64,000 nt of DNA from Chrysemys picta bellii (taxonomy: Eukaryota), in NCBI RefSeq assembly GCF_011386835.1, contig NC_088799.1, positions 23,312,001 through 23,376,000 of the forward strand, written 5' to 3'. Within the stretch, counting starts at the first letter, position 1. Each line of letters opens with the position of its first letter. Shown here piece after piece: positions 25,777 through 39,113 of this stretch. The notes beneath the pieces were generated by a model that had not been told where the DNA came from, did not search any database, and worked only from the letters and a program-made list of their open reading frames with translations. Position numbers and translations under genes: made by a program.

Positions 25777-26849
25777 AGAAGATGGACTTTCATGGGAAAA
25801 ACTGTTTGGTGTATGCACAGACATTGCTCCAGCGATGCTTGGCTCTCGCTCTGGATTTGTAACATTGGTGAAACAAAAAAATCCAGCTGTAACCACGACT
25901 CACTGCGTCATACACAGACAAGCAGATCTACGTGACTTGTTGAATTTGGCCAAAGTTGTCAATTTTGTGAAGAACAGCACTTTAAATACGAGACTTGTTG
26001 CAGCTCTTTGCACAGATTTGGGAGCGGATCATAAAATTATTTTGTTTCACACGGAGGTACGATGGCTTTCCAAAGGGAACATGCTTTCAAGATTATTCGA
26101 ACTGAAAGACGAAGTGGAAATTTTCCTCAAGCAACAGAAAAAATAAGAGTTATACCGTGCGTTTATGGACCAAACGTTTCAACTTTCACTGGCATACTTC
26201 ATGGACATTTTTGAATCTTTGAACAAATCTCAATGTGAAGCTGCAAGGAAAGAACGCTGCAAACATTATTACACACCATGATGCCATCAAAGCGTTTATG
26301 GAAAAAAAATAAAGTTTTGGAAACATTGAACACAAGTTCAGATGCCTAACTTTTCTTCTTTACCAACATTTTCATCACTCACTGAAAATAAAGGTTTCCA
26401 AGAACTTTGTAAAGAGGATGCGAAGAACAAAATTGTGTTTCATCTGGACTGCCTTGCTGACAAATTCATCCGCTATTTTCCAGACAACTTTTCTGGCAAC
26501 CCCATTCATAAATTAGCACATAATCCACTCAATGTTGATGTCTATTCATTGCCACAGTATTGCAAGAACAAGCTCTCAAAATGAAATACAATTCAAGTGC
26601 GAAAGATATTTTAAAAAAAAATTAAGCCAGGAGGAATTTTTGATAAAATATTTCCCAATTTACCCAAAAGTTGGAGAAGCGCTACGTATTATTCTTCCAT
26701 TTTCATCGAAGTACCTCTGTAAAAAAAGCTTTTCAAATTTAGTCATAATAAAAACGAAACACAAGAATCGACTGGATGTTGAAAACTATTTGCGTTGCCC
26801 ACTTTCATCTTTCAAACCTAGGATTTCCCAACTCGTGAAGAAAATGTAG
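25088..26849 (+). pseudogene. Disrupted hAT transposase (ZBED5/SCAND3/FAM200-like family)
   Basis: BED-type start KRKYNKGYIKYGF, then QWDNTTDVAQ (first D), VCTDIAPAM (second D), THCVIHRQA (CxxH), LFHTEVRWLSKG and the C-terminal ILPFSSKYLCKKSFS...KTKHKNRLDVE. Split over several frames by stops and indels. Confidence 0.92.
25730..25774 (+). repeat. (T)n(ATT)9 microsatellite inside the transposase frame
   Basis: Encodes FFFFFFIIIIIIIII between SD and KEDGLSW. Confidence 0.95.
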
Positions 26850-29839
26850 CTTCATCCTTCACTTTAAATTTGTTTTGTTTATGCTCTTATTTTAAATTAC
26901 ATTTTTGTGCCAAGAAAAACTATTTGTGCTTATTTTCAATTTTAAATTAAGAATTGAATTTGTTAAAAGGGGGGTTGGATGATGGTAAAGGAGAAGTGAG
27001 GGGCGTGAAGGTTTCTCAAAAATTAAAAAGGGGGCATGATGCCGAAAAGTTTGGGAACCAATGTTCTAGGGCCTTCACAATTCTGCTCCACCTCAATTAT
27101 CCACCATTGTCTCTTTTTGCATCAGCCTTCTGCTCTGAGGTTAATAACAGCCTCAATCTCCTCGAATACCTACTCCTCTCCGAATTTAACCTCTTCTCTC
27201 ACAATAATCCTCACTTATTTTTAACCTCCCTGAACTAGCCCACACGGGTACTGTCCCCTCTATTCCTTCAAATCCCTCCAAAAAATTTCTAGCATGAAGT
27301 CTACAAGAAACTGCCAACTAATAATGTATAGGAAGAAGCAGTTTGTGATAAAGTTTTAAATAATCAGTTTAGTATGTTTTATTCCTCTCTGCTCCAACTT
27401 CCTTTGTTGCTTGTTTTAGATTGTGAGCACTTTGAGGTCAGTACTGTATCTTCCAATATTTGGAAAGGGCCTAGCACACTGTGGGCCCTACCATGATAGA
27501 AACAACAACTATTATGATGATGATGCCAGGAACATAACTAATTGACAGAGATAGCTGCCTTTTTATTCACCATGCTAATGAGAAGCAAACATACAAGCTT
27601 TCAGTGTTTACCTCTTTGGGCAGTTTTACCCACAACATATAGCTGTGCATTATTGATGCTTTAATAAAATATTTGTCAATAGAAACATTGCATAATTGTT
27701 CAATAGTTAAGGTATGCTATGCATACAGCTTCACTTCAAATGAGCTTATAAAAGGACTAAAACAGAATAGTGATTTTATATACACACACACACACAAAAA
27801 CACACACTACAAAATCTTGTTGTATTGCTTTATTCTTCAGATTCATTTCCAGCATCCAATAAATGCCAAGAACTTCTTGATGTTACTGAAGCCCAAAAAA
27901 ACTGGATTGCTACATCACTGTTCTTAAACATACACATGTTTCATGCCGCAGGACTACTGTTGCTCATTTGCAAATGTAATAAAATTACATTTAGCAGGAT
28001 ACCAATATAGTTTTTAAAGTATGGTATATTAAATCAGGCTTCCCTATATTGTGTATAAATACAGCAGCCCAAAAAACAGACAGAACACAAAGCAATTTAT
28101 TTTAAAATGCACATCTAAATTTCAAGTTATTTTTAACTGACTGGAAGGAAATCAAAATGACCTTCTGACATCTGATATTATGGATGTGAAATGTAAGTTT
28201 CTGATAGCATGCTGCTACCAGGATTTTTAAAAGCTGTGGGGATATTATTACTACAACCTGATACTTTCTTTCATAGGCATTTTTTATTTAGAGCTGGTCA
28301 AAACAAGGCAAGTATATTTCAGGGAAAATGTCAAAAGAACTTAAAATAGTTTTGTTTTAAATTTTCCACTAGTTTTTTGTTTTTCATTAAAGTTTTGCAT
28401 TCATTTCAATGGGAAAACCATTCACTTTTTTCTAGTACCGAAAACAAATAAAATGAGCAAATTACACCCTTCACCTAAATCAAAACAAAAATTTCTTGAA
28501 AATTTTTCATTTCCAGTTTCTTCTGAAAAAATAAATTTCAACCAAACTGAATTTTCCCACACCCACAAACCTTTTAGTTGAAGAGGCATTTTCCATTCAA
28601 AACTGTTTTGTTGAAAATGTTTTCACCATCTCTACTTGTAATGCAGCGTACCTAGACAAATAGCTATCTTGTGTAAAAAAGGATTCATCTGAAGAACTCT
28701 CTGACATTTTGCAGAGCTTTAGTTACTTACACAACCAAAGCAAATACTTCAAATATTTAGACACCGAGATTAAATACATATTTACAGATATATACATCAT
28801 GGTAGCTATGTAAACAACTGCAGAGCCTGATATTATGCTGTATTTATGGTAAAGCGCATTTATAATGAGCTTCTAGCCACCTCACCCGCACTTTGTTCAC
28901 TAATACATCTCTACCAGAAGTAACATCATTCCAAGCCATGGAGCAACTTTCAGATAGATGCTTTGTTATAAAAGGACAATTAACTTTCCAGAGACATATT
29001 TTCTACTTTCCCATCAAAAAAATTATAGATGATATGCAGGATGAGCAATATTCATTTCTAGACCAGTGATATCTTTGAAGTTCAATATCATGAGACGAAA
29101 CAGTTGTTTTACATCAATTTAAAGTCAAGACCCATTTTTCCAATTGTCAAGACCAACCACTGGTCTGATTCAGTATGATAGTTCTTATGTTCCCTCCCAA
29201 GTCTTCTCAGGTGGAGATGTGGTATCCAGGTAGTTTGGCTTTACAAGTGGAGAGACACAATAACTACCATAAAAAAATGTAGTGCTCTTCTGTTAAATGC
29301 ATGTGGCATGACCAAAATACATAATAGTGTGGTAGGTTTTAATGGCATGGATTTGGAATGACTGCATTGCTGTTTCAATGCTTTTGATTAATGCTCTAAG
29401 CCCCAATTCATGCCACTAAAACCTTTACCCCACATCCACTGCACTTTCACCACAAACACACATAAAATGACCCAGACTGTCAGCAGATAGCAGATAGAAG
29501 ATAAAAAGGAATGGGCTAACAATAAAAAGCAAACAGTATCAATAGAGTCTGCTCAGGCTAGTTGACAGTACTGCCATATAGGTCATCTTAAACGTTTTTC
29601 CATTCACATTTTCTGTTAGTGGTATCATTGCATACTTAGATGATGGTTCAGAATCTTTACTTAAGGAAAATCAAATCATTCTCTTAAAAAAAAAAAGTAT
29701 TTGTGCATAAAACGACAGAACATTTTAAGCAATGGAATCCTGAAGGGGATTTTATTTTCCAAAAAGCCTAATATCTGTAATAAAGTGCTGTACTGTTATT
29801 GTTTGCATTGGCTATTAATAAATGTTTGAGAGAAAAGAT

Positions 29840-29904
29840 GGGTTTGATCTTGCTCAGTCAACAGCAAGACTTCCAATGACTTCAGTGGGAGCAGGATCAA
29901 GCCC
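29840..29904. repeat. Short hairpin mini-element
   Basis: Ends gggtttgatcttgctc / gagcaggatcaagccc (14 of 16 match), with a caatgacttcagtggg core. Confidence 0.6.
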
Positions 29905-30983
29905 TATACTTGTGTTTGAAGCAGTAGAGAGTTTTCAGAAGTAGTGCTTAAAACAAAACAGAAACACACTTTCTTGTAATTCCAGCAGTAACATCTTACT
30001 TTATGTGACTCATAATTCTGGCAATGCATTTTAAAGATTATCCCCTAAACCTAGTGCTATCTTGCACACGTGAATAACCAGTACATTGAGTGGGTGGAGT
30101 TCTCCACAATTTAATATTTTTTATTCCTTGACCTTTTTCACATTGTACTTCTTTGCATAATTAGGAGACCACATCCTTCCAGGATGCAAACATTCTAAAC
30201 TAAAAGAATTCTGACAAATTATCAGGATTGACCATGAATTAATTCTAGTTTACAATGCCAGGACAACAGAAAGTTCAATCAACATCCATCTTGTTTTTAA
30301 CCTAAATATAAATGAGAATTTTCTGAAACTATCCATAGCAAGTAGCCCCTTTTCCACCTGCTTACAATAGCATGCACATGTTTCAACATTGAATCAGTTA
30401 AAGAGGAAAATTTGTAATTAAAGAGTAAAGTATTTTCAAATAAAAGTCCTGGGCAGAAAATATTTTTCATGGTAATCCAGAAACACCAACATTACCAACC
30501 TTGATCATTTTTAGAAGGTCTCATCTATTAAGTATATAGATCTGTAATTGTCGAAGTACCTAAAAACTGAACTGAATTCAAAATTATTTCATGACAGCAG
30601 CTTTCAATTTCAGGTAACAGTAGAAGCCAAAAATGCTTGGCAGATAATAAAAACTCTCAGATTTAAACACAATTACAATACAGTACTCTATAATCACTGG
30701 ATTGCATGAAATCAAGGAATAAGGTTTAGTATCCTTTGTTTTATTCTGTTTAAAGCCCTATGAATTCAAAGATTTAAATTAGGAGATTTGGTGTATAAGA
30801 AAAAACAGTTATTTTCTATTAACATGGAAAAACAATTGTAATAAACTCAAGACATAGGTTAATACTCTATGCACATATAAATTATACATATTTTAGTTCC
30901 TCCATCCTAGAGAAGCATAATACTCTAATAAGAACTATCCTAATATTCACCCAGCAATAATTTCAGGCTGATATTATTATTCT

Positions 30984-31559
30984 NNNNNNNNNNNNNNNNN
31001 NNNNNNNNNNNNNNNNNNNNNNNNNNNNNNNNNNNNNNNNNNNNNNNNNNNNNNNNNNNNNNNNNNNNNNNNNNNNNNNNNNNNNNNNNNNNNNNNNNNN
31101 NNNNNNNNNNNNNNNNNNNNNNNNNNNNNNNNNNNNNNNNNNNNNNNNNNNNNNNNNNNNNNNNNNNNNNNNNNNNNNNNNNNNNNNNNNNNNNNNNNNN
31201 NNNNNNNNNNNNNNNNNNNNNNNNNNNNNNNNNNNNNNNNNNNNNNNNNNNNNNNNNNNNNNNNNNNNNNNNNNNNNNNNNNNNNNNNNNNNNNNNNNNN
31301 NNNNNNNNNNNNNNNNNNNNNNNNNNNNNNNNNNNNNNNNNNNNNNNNNNNNNNNNNNNNNNNNNNNNNNNNNNNNNNNNNNNNNNNNNNNNNNNNNNNN
31401 NNNNNNNNNNNNNNNNNNNNNNNNNNNNNNNNNNNNNNNNNNNNNNNNNNNNNNNNNNNNNNNNNNNNNNNNNNNNNNNNNNNNNNNNNNNNNNNNNNNN
31501 NNNNNNNNNNNNNNNNNNNNNNNNNNNNNNNNNNNNNNNNNNNNNNNNNNNNNNNNNNN
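30984..31559. other. Assembly gap (576 N)
   Basis: Directly visible in the sequence. Confidence 0.99.
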
Positions 31560-33899
31560 AATTTCCTAATTTAATGTAAATCATGGTTGTTTTGCTGAAA
31601 TTCAGTTTGTGATCTTATTAATTCATATTTGCATCATACTATCTTGCTGTAGGACAGTTTTAAATTTATAGCATTGCTTGGCAGCCTTACTTCTTGACTC
31701 TTAAGATGCATCTGACATAAAATAAATAATTGCAATATGCACATATTTTCTTATGTTCGGAGATAAAGTAAGAAAAATCCATTTAGGTGACAAAAACATA
31801 ATACCTACTCAAAATATTAAAAATAACTAGAACAGGATTTAACTTTACAATTTTGAGAATACTTGATACTTCAAGTGCTTTACATGTTCAACACTCTGTA
31901 CATCATTTATTAACCCTTACAAAACTCCTGTTAGAAAAATTACAAAAAACATGTTAGACTGGCCATACTTTCACTGACATGCTCATTAATTTGAAAGCAC
32001 AAAGTACTCTAATGTTGTTGGAGGCTGGGAGAGAAGAGAAATTGATAATGAGATACAGCTTGCAGACTGTATATCACTGTTTCAAATCCAGGCCAGATAA
32101 GTAGGAATTGAAATACAGTTAACAGCTCTTCAGTCTCCAATATGAAATGAGTTTTGTGGTCTCAGTCCACTTCCCAGTGGAAAAATCACTACAATTGCTC
32201 ATCCTTAAAGGTGATTCTTCCTGATCAAAGTTGAGGTACATTGGCAGAAGGATGAGACACAGTGGTCTAGGAAAGCTTGTGCTTTCCTTGCCACATCCCA
32301 AGCTGTATCTGTTCAATGATTAAATATACTGCAGCCCTTATGTTTGTCAATGTACCACCTTTCACAAGCAGTAGGTCAAAAAATAATGGATAGCGTGAAC
32401 TTTAATGTTCTAAGCACTGCGCTGCTTGTGTCACATTCGTTCATTTTGTTGGCTTTCATTTGAAGGCTTTTAATCGAAACTTGAAATATTTGAAAGGGTT
32501 TTGAATATTGTTAATGAAAAGATGAAAGATGCCTCAACTTACTGACCAAGTATTACATTTATTTTGGAACAGTTTGAGAAGCTATGTCTACCACAGAGGA
32601 AACCCCGGTTCAAGTTTTTGATATCAGTACTTAAACCAGCAGACAGAGATTGTGAGTAAAATGGATACAGAACACTTATTCGAGGGATCATTAATCCTTG
32701 TGTTGCTCAACTGTAACATTTGATGAACAATAAGCCATGCTAGGGAACACATTAGTAAGCTATTGTACATATGTCTTGAGTACATTTTCAGCTTCATGCC
32801 TTCAGCCACTGAAAAAGTGCACCAAAAGGTAATGCACATTCTGGCAGTTTACTACTATTAGAATATTCTATATTTTTTCCTCTTATGTCTTGCAGCAATG
32901 AGTTCCACACACTGTTTACTGTGTGAAAAGGGAAAACGTGTACTTCTGTTAGGAGTATTTTGAATATATTTCTTGTCTAACTTTCTTTTAAGATTTTTTT
33001 TTTGCTTTGTTTCATATATAAAAGGTTTTCTGGACTATGTGGAACTTCCTCTCTTCTCCTATTCTCCAGAAGCCCCGACACCCTTTCAGCAGCAGTTTTA
33101 GTTCCACAGCCACTTTTAACTACCATTCTACTTAAAAAAATAAATAAATAAATAAAAAATTGGGAGTACTAAACAGGTCCAACTTCACAATATGGAGTGA
33201 GTAAAAATAACAATGTCTGTAACGGCTGCTACTAAATAACAAATTAGCACTTTGGTGGTTAAGTGGTAGTTTGAAGCTTTCACTTTTTTCTAATAGCCAT
33301 TCCGTCGCATCCAGTGGCTATGTTCAGTGCTGCCTCATTAGAGTCAAAGCTCTCTCATATATATTGTACTACCACTCAGTCTTTTTGACCTAATCTGTCC
33401 TTCCTGTGGAGTTTATAGCCAGGTCCCATTTGTCTTTGGTCATTCCACCATTTTTCAGTAATGTTCAATATGTCAAGGTCCTCCTCCATTTTTATTTCAT
33501 TCTTTATCTGACATCCCATTATTTTTCTTTAATTTAACTCTGATCCCAACCTGCCCTTCCTCAAGTTCAACTGTAATTTCTGTCCTATCCATTACTAGGA
33601 AATAAGAGATACTTTGGTATTATAACATGCATATCTCATGTCCTTGTCTGCCTAGAGTGCTCATCAGCACCCATTATCTTCCTTCCAGCTTCAGAATCAA
33701 ACTGGAAAAAGAGTAGGTGGTGATAATCACTCAGGCTCTGTCCACAGCACCAGCTTCACCCACAACATTACTCATGACGTGTTCCCACCACATTACGTCT
33801 TCTTTCCTGACCATGACCCTCAGGAGAAGAGCCCCAGTATTCAATCCTGGCCAACAAGAGCAGCAGTAATCACCACCAGATGGCTCTCTCTTCTACGAC

Positions 33900-34215
33900 G
33901 AGAGAGATTCCAGAGGACAGGAAAAAGGCAAATATAGTGCCAATCTATAAAAAGGGAAATAAGGACAACCTGGGCAATTACAGATTAGTCAGCCTAACTT
34001 CAGTACCTGGAAAGATAATGGAGCAAATAATTAAACAATTTGTGAAAACCCAAAAGATAATAAGGTGATAAGATATAGCTTTCTTTGAAAGGGTAACAAG
34101 CGTTGTGGATAGGGGGGAAGCAGTAGATGTGGTATATCTTGACTTCAGTAAGGTTTCTGATACTATCTTGCATGACCTTCTCATAAGCAAACTAAGGAAA
34201 TACAACCTAGATGGA
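33900..34215 (+). mobile_element. CR1 LINE ORF2 fragment, degraded
   Basis: Reads [43 protein letters not shown] and then VDRGEAVDVVYLDFSK. Homologous to 46240-46560. Confidence 0.9.
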
Positions 34216-34278
34216 CGCGGCAGGTAAACAAACCGGCCCAGCCCGCCAGGTGCTTTCCCTACACAAGCGGGGTCCCAA
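34216..34278. mobile_element. hAT MITE right-end fragment
   Basis: ggtaaacaaaccggcccagcccgccagg...aagtttgggaaacac ends in a Charlie-type terminus like the one at 27048-27063. It abuts the CR1 fragment. Confidence 0.5.
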
Positions 34279-35459
34279 GTTTGGGAAACACCAATTTAGT
34301 CTATTAGTCTTACTTTGAGTATTTAAATATTACCTGGTATTTATATTTAATTACACTAAAACCCTCAGCTCTGTAAATTACTATGTAGGTCCTATATTCC
34401 CTAAAATTCAATATCTGGCTTACTAAATATACTTCCATTTGCACCTTATGCTTTTGCCATTTAATTATTTTAAACCCAATTTTTTGTAAACTTAGAGCCA
34501 AATCAGCAAACATTTATGCCCAAGTATTCCCACTGAGTTCAATAGCTGCTATTGTGATTGCCTGGTTATTGTCAAAGTCCATTTGGAGAACCAATCAAGC
34601 TGCTTAAATAACCAAAATGCTACTACACATGTTCCGAAGAAGCAAGTATCCAGACAACAGTTATAATGCACATATGAACAATGATGGTGAAAGAACTGCT
34701 CATTTCTTTAGCCACATTTAGAAAACAATTCTCCTAATCAGGTATATTTAAAACTAAAACATCACTTAAATATTTTATACAAAAATTCAGAACTGGGTGC
34801 CTCACCTGTCTGGTAGTTATCATTCAGTAGCAGGATATAGGCCAGAAAAATTCAATAGAGAGTGACTAAAACTATGATGTTGATAGCCATTGATAATAAA
34901 CAGATTTTTCGGAGGATACACATTTAAATAAGAGTAAGAAACTTTTTTTTTTTTTTAAAGTTACGAAAAAATTAAAACATGCTATAATACTCTTTTAAAC
35001 CTTCTACTTCCAGAGTTAATACATGGATACACTTTTAGAACATGGTCAGTATTTTCAACAACTCTTCTTGTTATTATCAAAAACCCTTATTAGTCACAAT
35101 CAGATTTACCAAAAAAGCTATAGCTTTCCACACCACATATGTCTGCAAATCTTGGTTCTATATACATCTGAACATGAAACATCAGAAATTTGCATAGACT
35201 TTAAACCCTCTCTTTTTGAGAGGACCATGGATGGGAGAGAAAAGAAAAGTAATTAGGGCTGGTCTATGATAAGCCAATACTACACAGACTTCACATAAAG
35301 CCACTATTTGCCTGGTTCAGGAACACAGAAAACCACCTATCTGTGAACAGGCAAGGAATTTTCAGATTGTTACAGTTAAGCCAGTCTAAGGCTCATTTTT
35401 AGCTGTCCTTTGCATCTGACCAGCCAAATGCACAGTATGTACTTCATCTTCTCATCTAA

Positions 35460-35700
35460 GGTCATGTCTACACTTACTGGGGATAGACGCTGCTGTGATA
35501 GATGCAACGGGAATAGATTTAGTGGGTCTAAGACCCGCTAAATCAACTGCAGAGCACTCTCCGGTTGACTCCAGTACTCCACCGAAATAAGAGCAGCGCA
35601 GTGTAGACACTGCAGTAAGTCGACCTAAGCTACGTCGATTCACGCAGCTGGAGTAGCATAATTTAGGTCGACTTAGGCCTTGTCTACACTACCGGGGTAA
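35460..35700. mobile_element. PIF/Harbinger-like MITE cluster
   Basis: Two starts, taa|ggtcatgtctacact (35460) and tta|ggccttgtctacact (35676), and an inverted agtgtagaca near 35600. TAA/TTA flanks fit PIF/Harbinger target sites. Confidence 0.6.
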
Positions 35701-36677
35701 GTGTTCCCCAGTTGGAATTTTTAAGTTACAGGGAATTTGAAATGACATGCCAGTTTGATGGCTAGCATATCCCAAACTCCATAGCTATCTGGAGACTAAG
35801 GATACCCAGCAGAGTCTACCAGACATAACTACACACATGGCTTGTATAAGATATAACCACTGGAGAATAAGCTAATTTCACACGGTGAGACAGGAAAGAC
35901 CAGAAATGGAATTCTGCAGTCCCAAAGAAAAAAAACCTGTCCATTTATAAGAATAAGGTTCTATTTATAATGCTGCAGAGAGGCCTTTTGTAAGTAAAGC
36001 TCTCTCAAACCAAAAGAATTTCCCCTTTTATTTGAAGTTTACAAAAAAGCAATCTTGATCTTTACTAACATTGATTTTAAAAGGTTCCTTCCTTCTGTCT
36101 TAAAGGTTTGGTTTCTCTAAAATGTTTTGTATTGAATTTCACAGGCATCGGTACTCCAGGATGATGTTTTTAGAAGTTTAATTTGACCAAAAAACTGACT
36201 TTTGAAAATAAATTATATGACAAACTGATTAAATAATTCTCATTTAAATTTTTTTTTTACTTTTATAGAAAAAGCACAACTATATTCACTTAAAGGCCTT
36301 GATTTTATGTCAACAGTTTAAAAAATGGCCAAAGTAGCATATATTCAAAGAGCAGATAACTATCTTCTAGCTTCCAGCACTGATTTAACAACTTCTTAGA
36401 ATTACCTCTCTATGACATAGCTTAATCATAGATTTTAACTAAATTCTAATTATTTATCAAAATATGTTTTTAGAATGTTTCATTTGAAATCTAAAATATT
36501 AATTTGCTTTTAGAACATTTTAAACAATCAGCAACAAATCATTTAATAATTAATGTATAACAACATAGCATTTCTTAGTAAAAGTATGGGGGAAATCAAT
36601 TAAAAAACTGAAAATATTACCATTTGATTATTACTTTTTCCTGGTGGGAAGGCAGGAGAAAATGAAAACAATCATAC

Positions 36678-36803
36678 CTTCTTGTTCTACTCTTTGATCT
36701 TGATCTCTGAGACCTATAGGATTTTCCTCGGCCCCTCGATCGACTACGACTGCGTTTTCTTTTGGATCCATATGAAGAGCTACTGCTAGATCGATGTCTG
36801 CGT
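36678..36803 (-). CDS. RSRC1: RSRC1 coding exon (gene exon 3), RS-rich, 126 bp, phase 2 to 2
   Basis: [43 protein letters not shown] matches RSRC1. Acceptor gttatttcag|A and donor AAG|gtatga; it joins exon 2 in frame. Confidence 0.95.
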
Positions 36804-36904
36804 CTGAAATAACAATGTGTTATTAGCACACTCCTGCTTTTAAAAAACACCTATCAATGTTAGTTTAAAAAGGACACTCAAATAATCTATTATTCATTTT
36901 TATT

Positions 36905-37150
36905 AAAACAGCACCTAGAGGTCCTAATTGAGATCAGGGTCCCATTGTGCTAGGCATGTTACGTACAAATAGTAAGAGACAGTTCTTTTCCCACAGACCT
37001 TACACTCTAAGTAAGCAAGATAGACAAAAGAGTGGGAGGAGAAACAGAGGCACAGACAGGTGAAGTGACTTGCCCAAGGTCATGCAACAAGTCAATGACA
37101 AAGCCAGGAACAGAACATAGTCCAGAGCCCAATTTACTGGATCACGTTGC
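36905..37150 (-). mobile_element. MIR/CORE SINE relic
   Basis: gaaacagaggcacagacaggtgaagtgacttgcccaaggtca is the reverse complement of the MIR core. Confidence 0.65.
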
Positions 37151-37684
37151 CTCTACATACAAAATATAAAGTTAAACTCACATTTAGGACTACATCGCAC
37201 AGCAGGATCTATGTAGGCCTAAGGAACAACTACATGGAATATGTCACAAGATCAGGGACTAAGGTTGCAATGGTAAAAATAAAATTCAAGGCATATAAAG
37301 TTATGTTTCCCACAGCCACACTGCACATAGTTTTTCAGCCATATTGCCTTTATCCAGTATTTTCTATCCTGTTCTTGTTATATGCATAACTTAATATATT
37401 TATGTTATCTTAACTTTTGTAATGGGTAACCTTAATTTTGCATTTATGTATGCTTTTTGAATTTACATAGCCTGATATTTTTAAATTGCCCAATAATATT
37501 ATAATTTCAATTATCACAATTACAACTTGAAGTTTCCTCCTCGGTGAGGTGAATGGAGTAGAGAAGGATGGAATTCACTTCAGTTATTTATTTCAGTTTA
37601 TACAAATGATCTTGTCAATGCTCTGGGTACACGTTTAACACGTGGGAAAACTCTCAGAAAAGCAATAATAAATAGAAATTACCC

Positions 37685-38651
37685 GTCAGGGTTCCTTTCC
37701 CACTCTGAACTCTGGGTACAGATGTGGGGACCCGCATGGAAGACCCCCTAAGCTTATTTTTACCAGCTTAGGTTAAAAACTTTCCCAAGGCACAAATTCC
37801 ACCTTGTCCTTGAACAGTATGCTGCCACCAACAAGTGATTTAGACAAAGAATCAGGGAAAGGACCACTTGGAGTCCTACTTTCCCAAGCCCTACTCCCCC
37901 TTTCCTGGGAAAGGCTTGAGAATAATATCCTCACCAATTGGTACAGGTGAACACAGACACAAACCCAGAACAATGAAAAATCAATCAGGTTCTTAAAAGA
38001 AGAATTTATTTTAAAAAAATAATAAAAGAATCAGCTCTGTAAAATCAGGATGGAAGATAACTTTACAGGGTAACAAAAAGATTCAAAACACAGAGGATTC
38101 CCTCTCCAGGCAAAACTTTAAAGTTCCAAAAAACAGGGATAAACCTCCCTCTTAGCACAGGGAAAATTCACAAGCTACAACAAAAGATAATCTAATGCAT
38201 TTCCTTACTATTACTTACTACACCTCTACCCCGATATAACGCAACCCGATATAACGCGGTCAAGCAGCGCTCGGGGGGGGGGAGGGGAGGAGTGCGAGGC
38301 TGCGCACTCGGTGGATCAAAGCAAGTTCAATATAACGCAGTTTCACCTATAACGCAGTAAGATTTTTTGGCTCCCGAGGACAGCATTATATCAGGGTAGA
38401 GGTGTATTTCTGCAACATTAGATGCTTAGTTCAGATATGGCTTAGGGAGATGTATTTTCCCTGCCCTGGTTCCTTGCTGACTCCGAGAGAACAAAGGAAC
38501 ACAAAACCAAAAAGCCTTTCCCCACAGATTTGAAAGTATCTTCTCCCCTTATTGGTCCTTTTGGTCAGGTGCCAATCAGGTTATCTGAGCTCCTTAACCC
38601 TTTACAGATAAGGAGGGATTTTATGCTACCCTTAGCTGTATGTTTATGACA
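37685..38651. mobile_element. Solo LTR (probably Gypsy) containing a nested MITE
   Basis: Starts (t)gtcagggttcc and ends tttatgaca, flanked by accc on both sides (37681-37684, 38652-38655). No internal coding sequence. Confidence 0.65.
38221..38404. mobile_element. Tigger-like MITE nested in the LTR
   Basis: 22-bp TIRs cacctctaccccgatataacgc / gcattatatcagggtagaggtg (20 of 22 match), with TA on both sides (38219-38220, 38405-38406). Confidence 0.9.
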
Positions 38652-39113
38652 ACCCCCAAAACAAGGATCCTCACAAATCCCCACATTCCAAAACATAAAA
38701 CTCTTACAACCTCCACTAAGATACTCTTCCTTCCCAATCCAAAACCTGGGAGAAAAGGTGAGTCTTGTTTTGGAAACTGTATAAGGGAAACAAATGACAG
38801 AGACATGTATCACTGTGGACGTGCACTTTTCCAAAAGAAGAAAAGTTACTTCCTGTCCAAGTGTGGATACAAAAAAAATAAACACCACACTCTCTGGGCC
38901 ACACCTCGTACCTGGAAATCGAGAAGCAAGTGAATAGGGATTCAATTTTGTCACAGTAAAATTATGCATAATTTACAGCACAGTCATGATAAAAAATAGA
39001 TAATTTTGTGTTATGGTCACTGCAACTTGTGGACGCAACTGCCGTGCATTAAGAATTCGATGTCATCCTCTTAAAAAAAAAAAGATTAGATCAAAGCGAA
39101 CAAACCATTAGTC

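Larger units (their letters stand above)
24408..27063 (+). mobile_element. Full-length hAT DNA transposon, Buster/Charlie group (2656 bp)
   Basis: Perfect 16-bp TIRs CATTGGTTCCCAAACT (24408) / AGTTTGGGAACCAATG (ends 27063). Target duplication ttctaggc / ttctaggg (7 of 8, central TA). Internal transposase remnants. Confidence 0.95.
23070..27310 (+). mobile_element. Ancient L2 LINE relic interrupted by younger insertions
   Basis: taccatctttatgctgattactca reads YHLYADYS (decayed YADD) near 23310. At 24200-24330 it reads SYLDYASIL...KEIFLAHYSDHVTH, like L2 ORF2. Pyrimidine-rich L2-like sequence resumes after the hAT, from 27072 to about 27310. Confidence 0.65.

Noticed and set aside
30940-31584. 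214-aa ORF
   Set aside because: Almost entirely N.
36617-36850. Full 77-aa ORF as a protein
   Set aside because: Only 36678-36803 is exon; the flanks are intron beyond clear splice sites. The same applies to ORFs 60511-60765 and 63415-63615.
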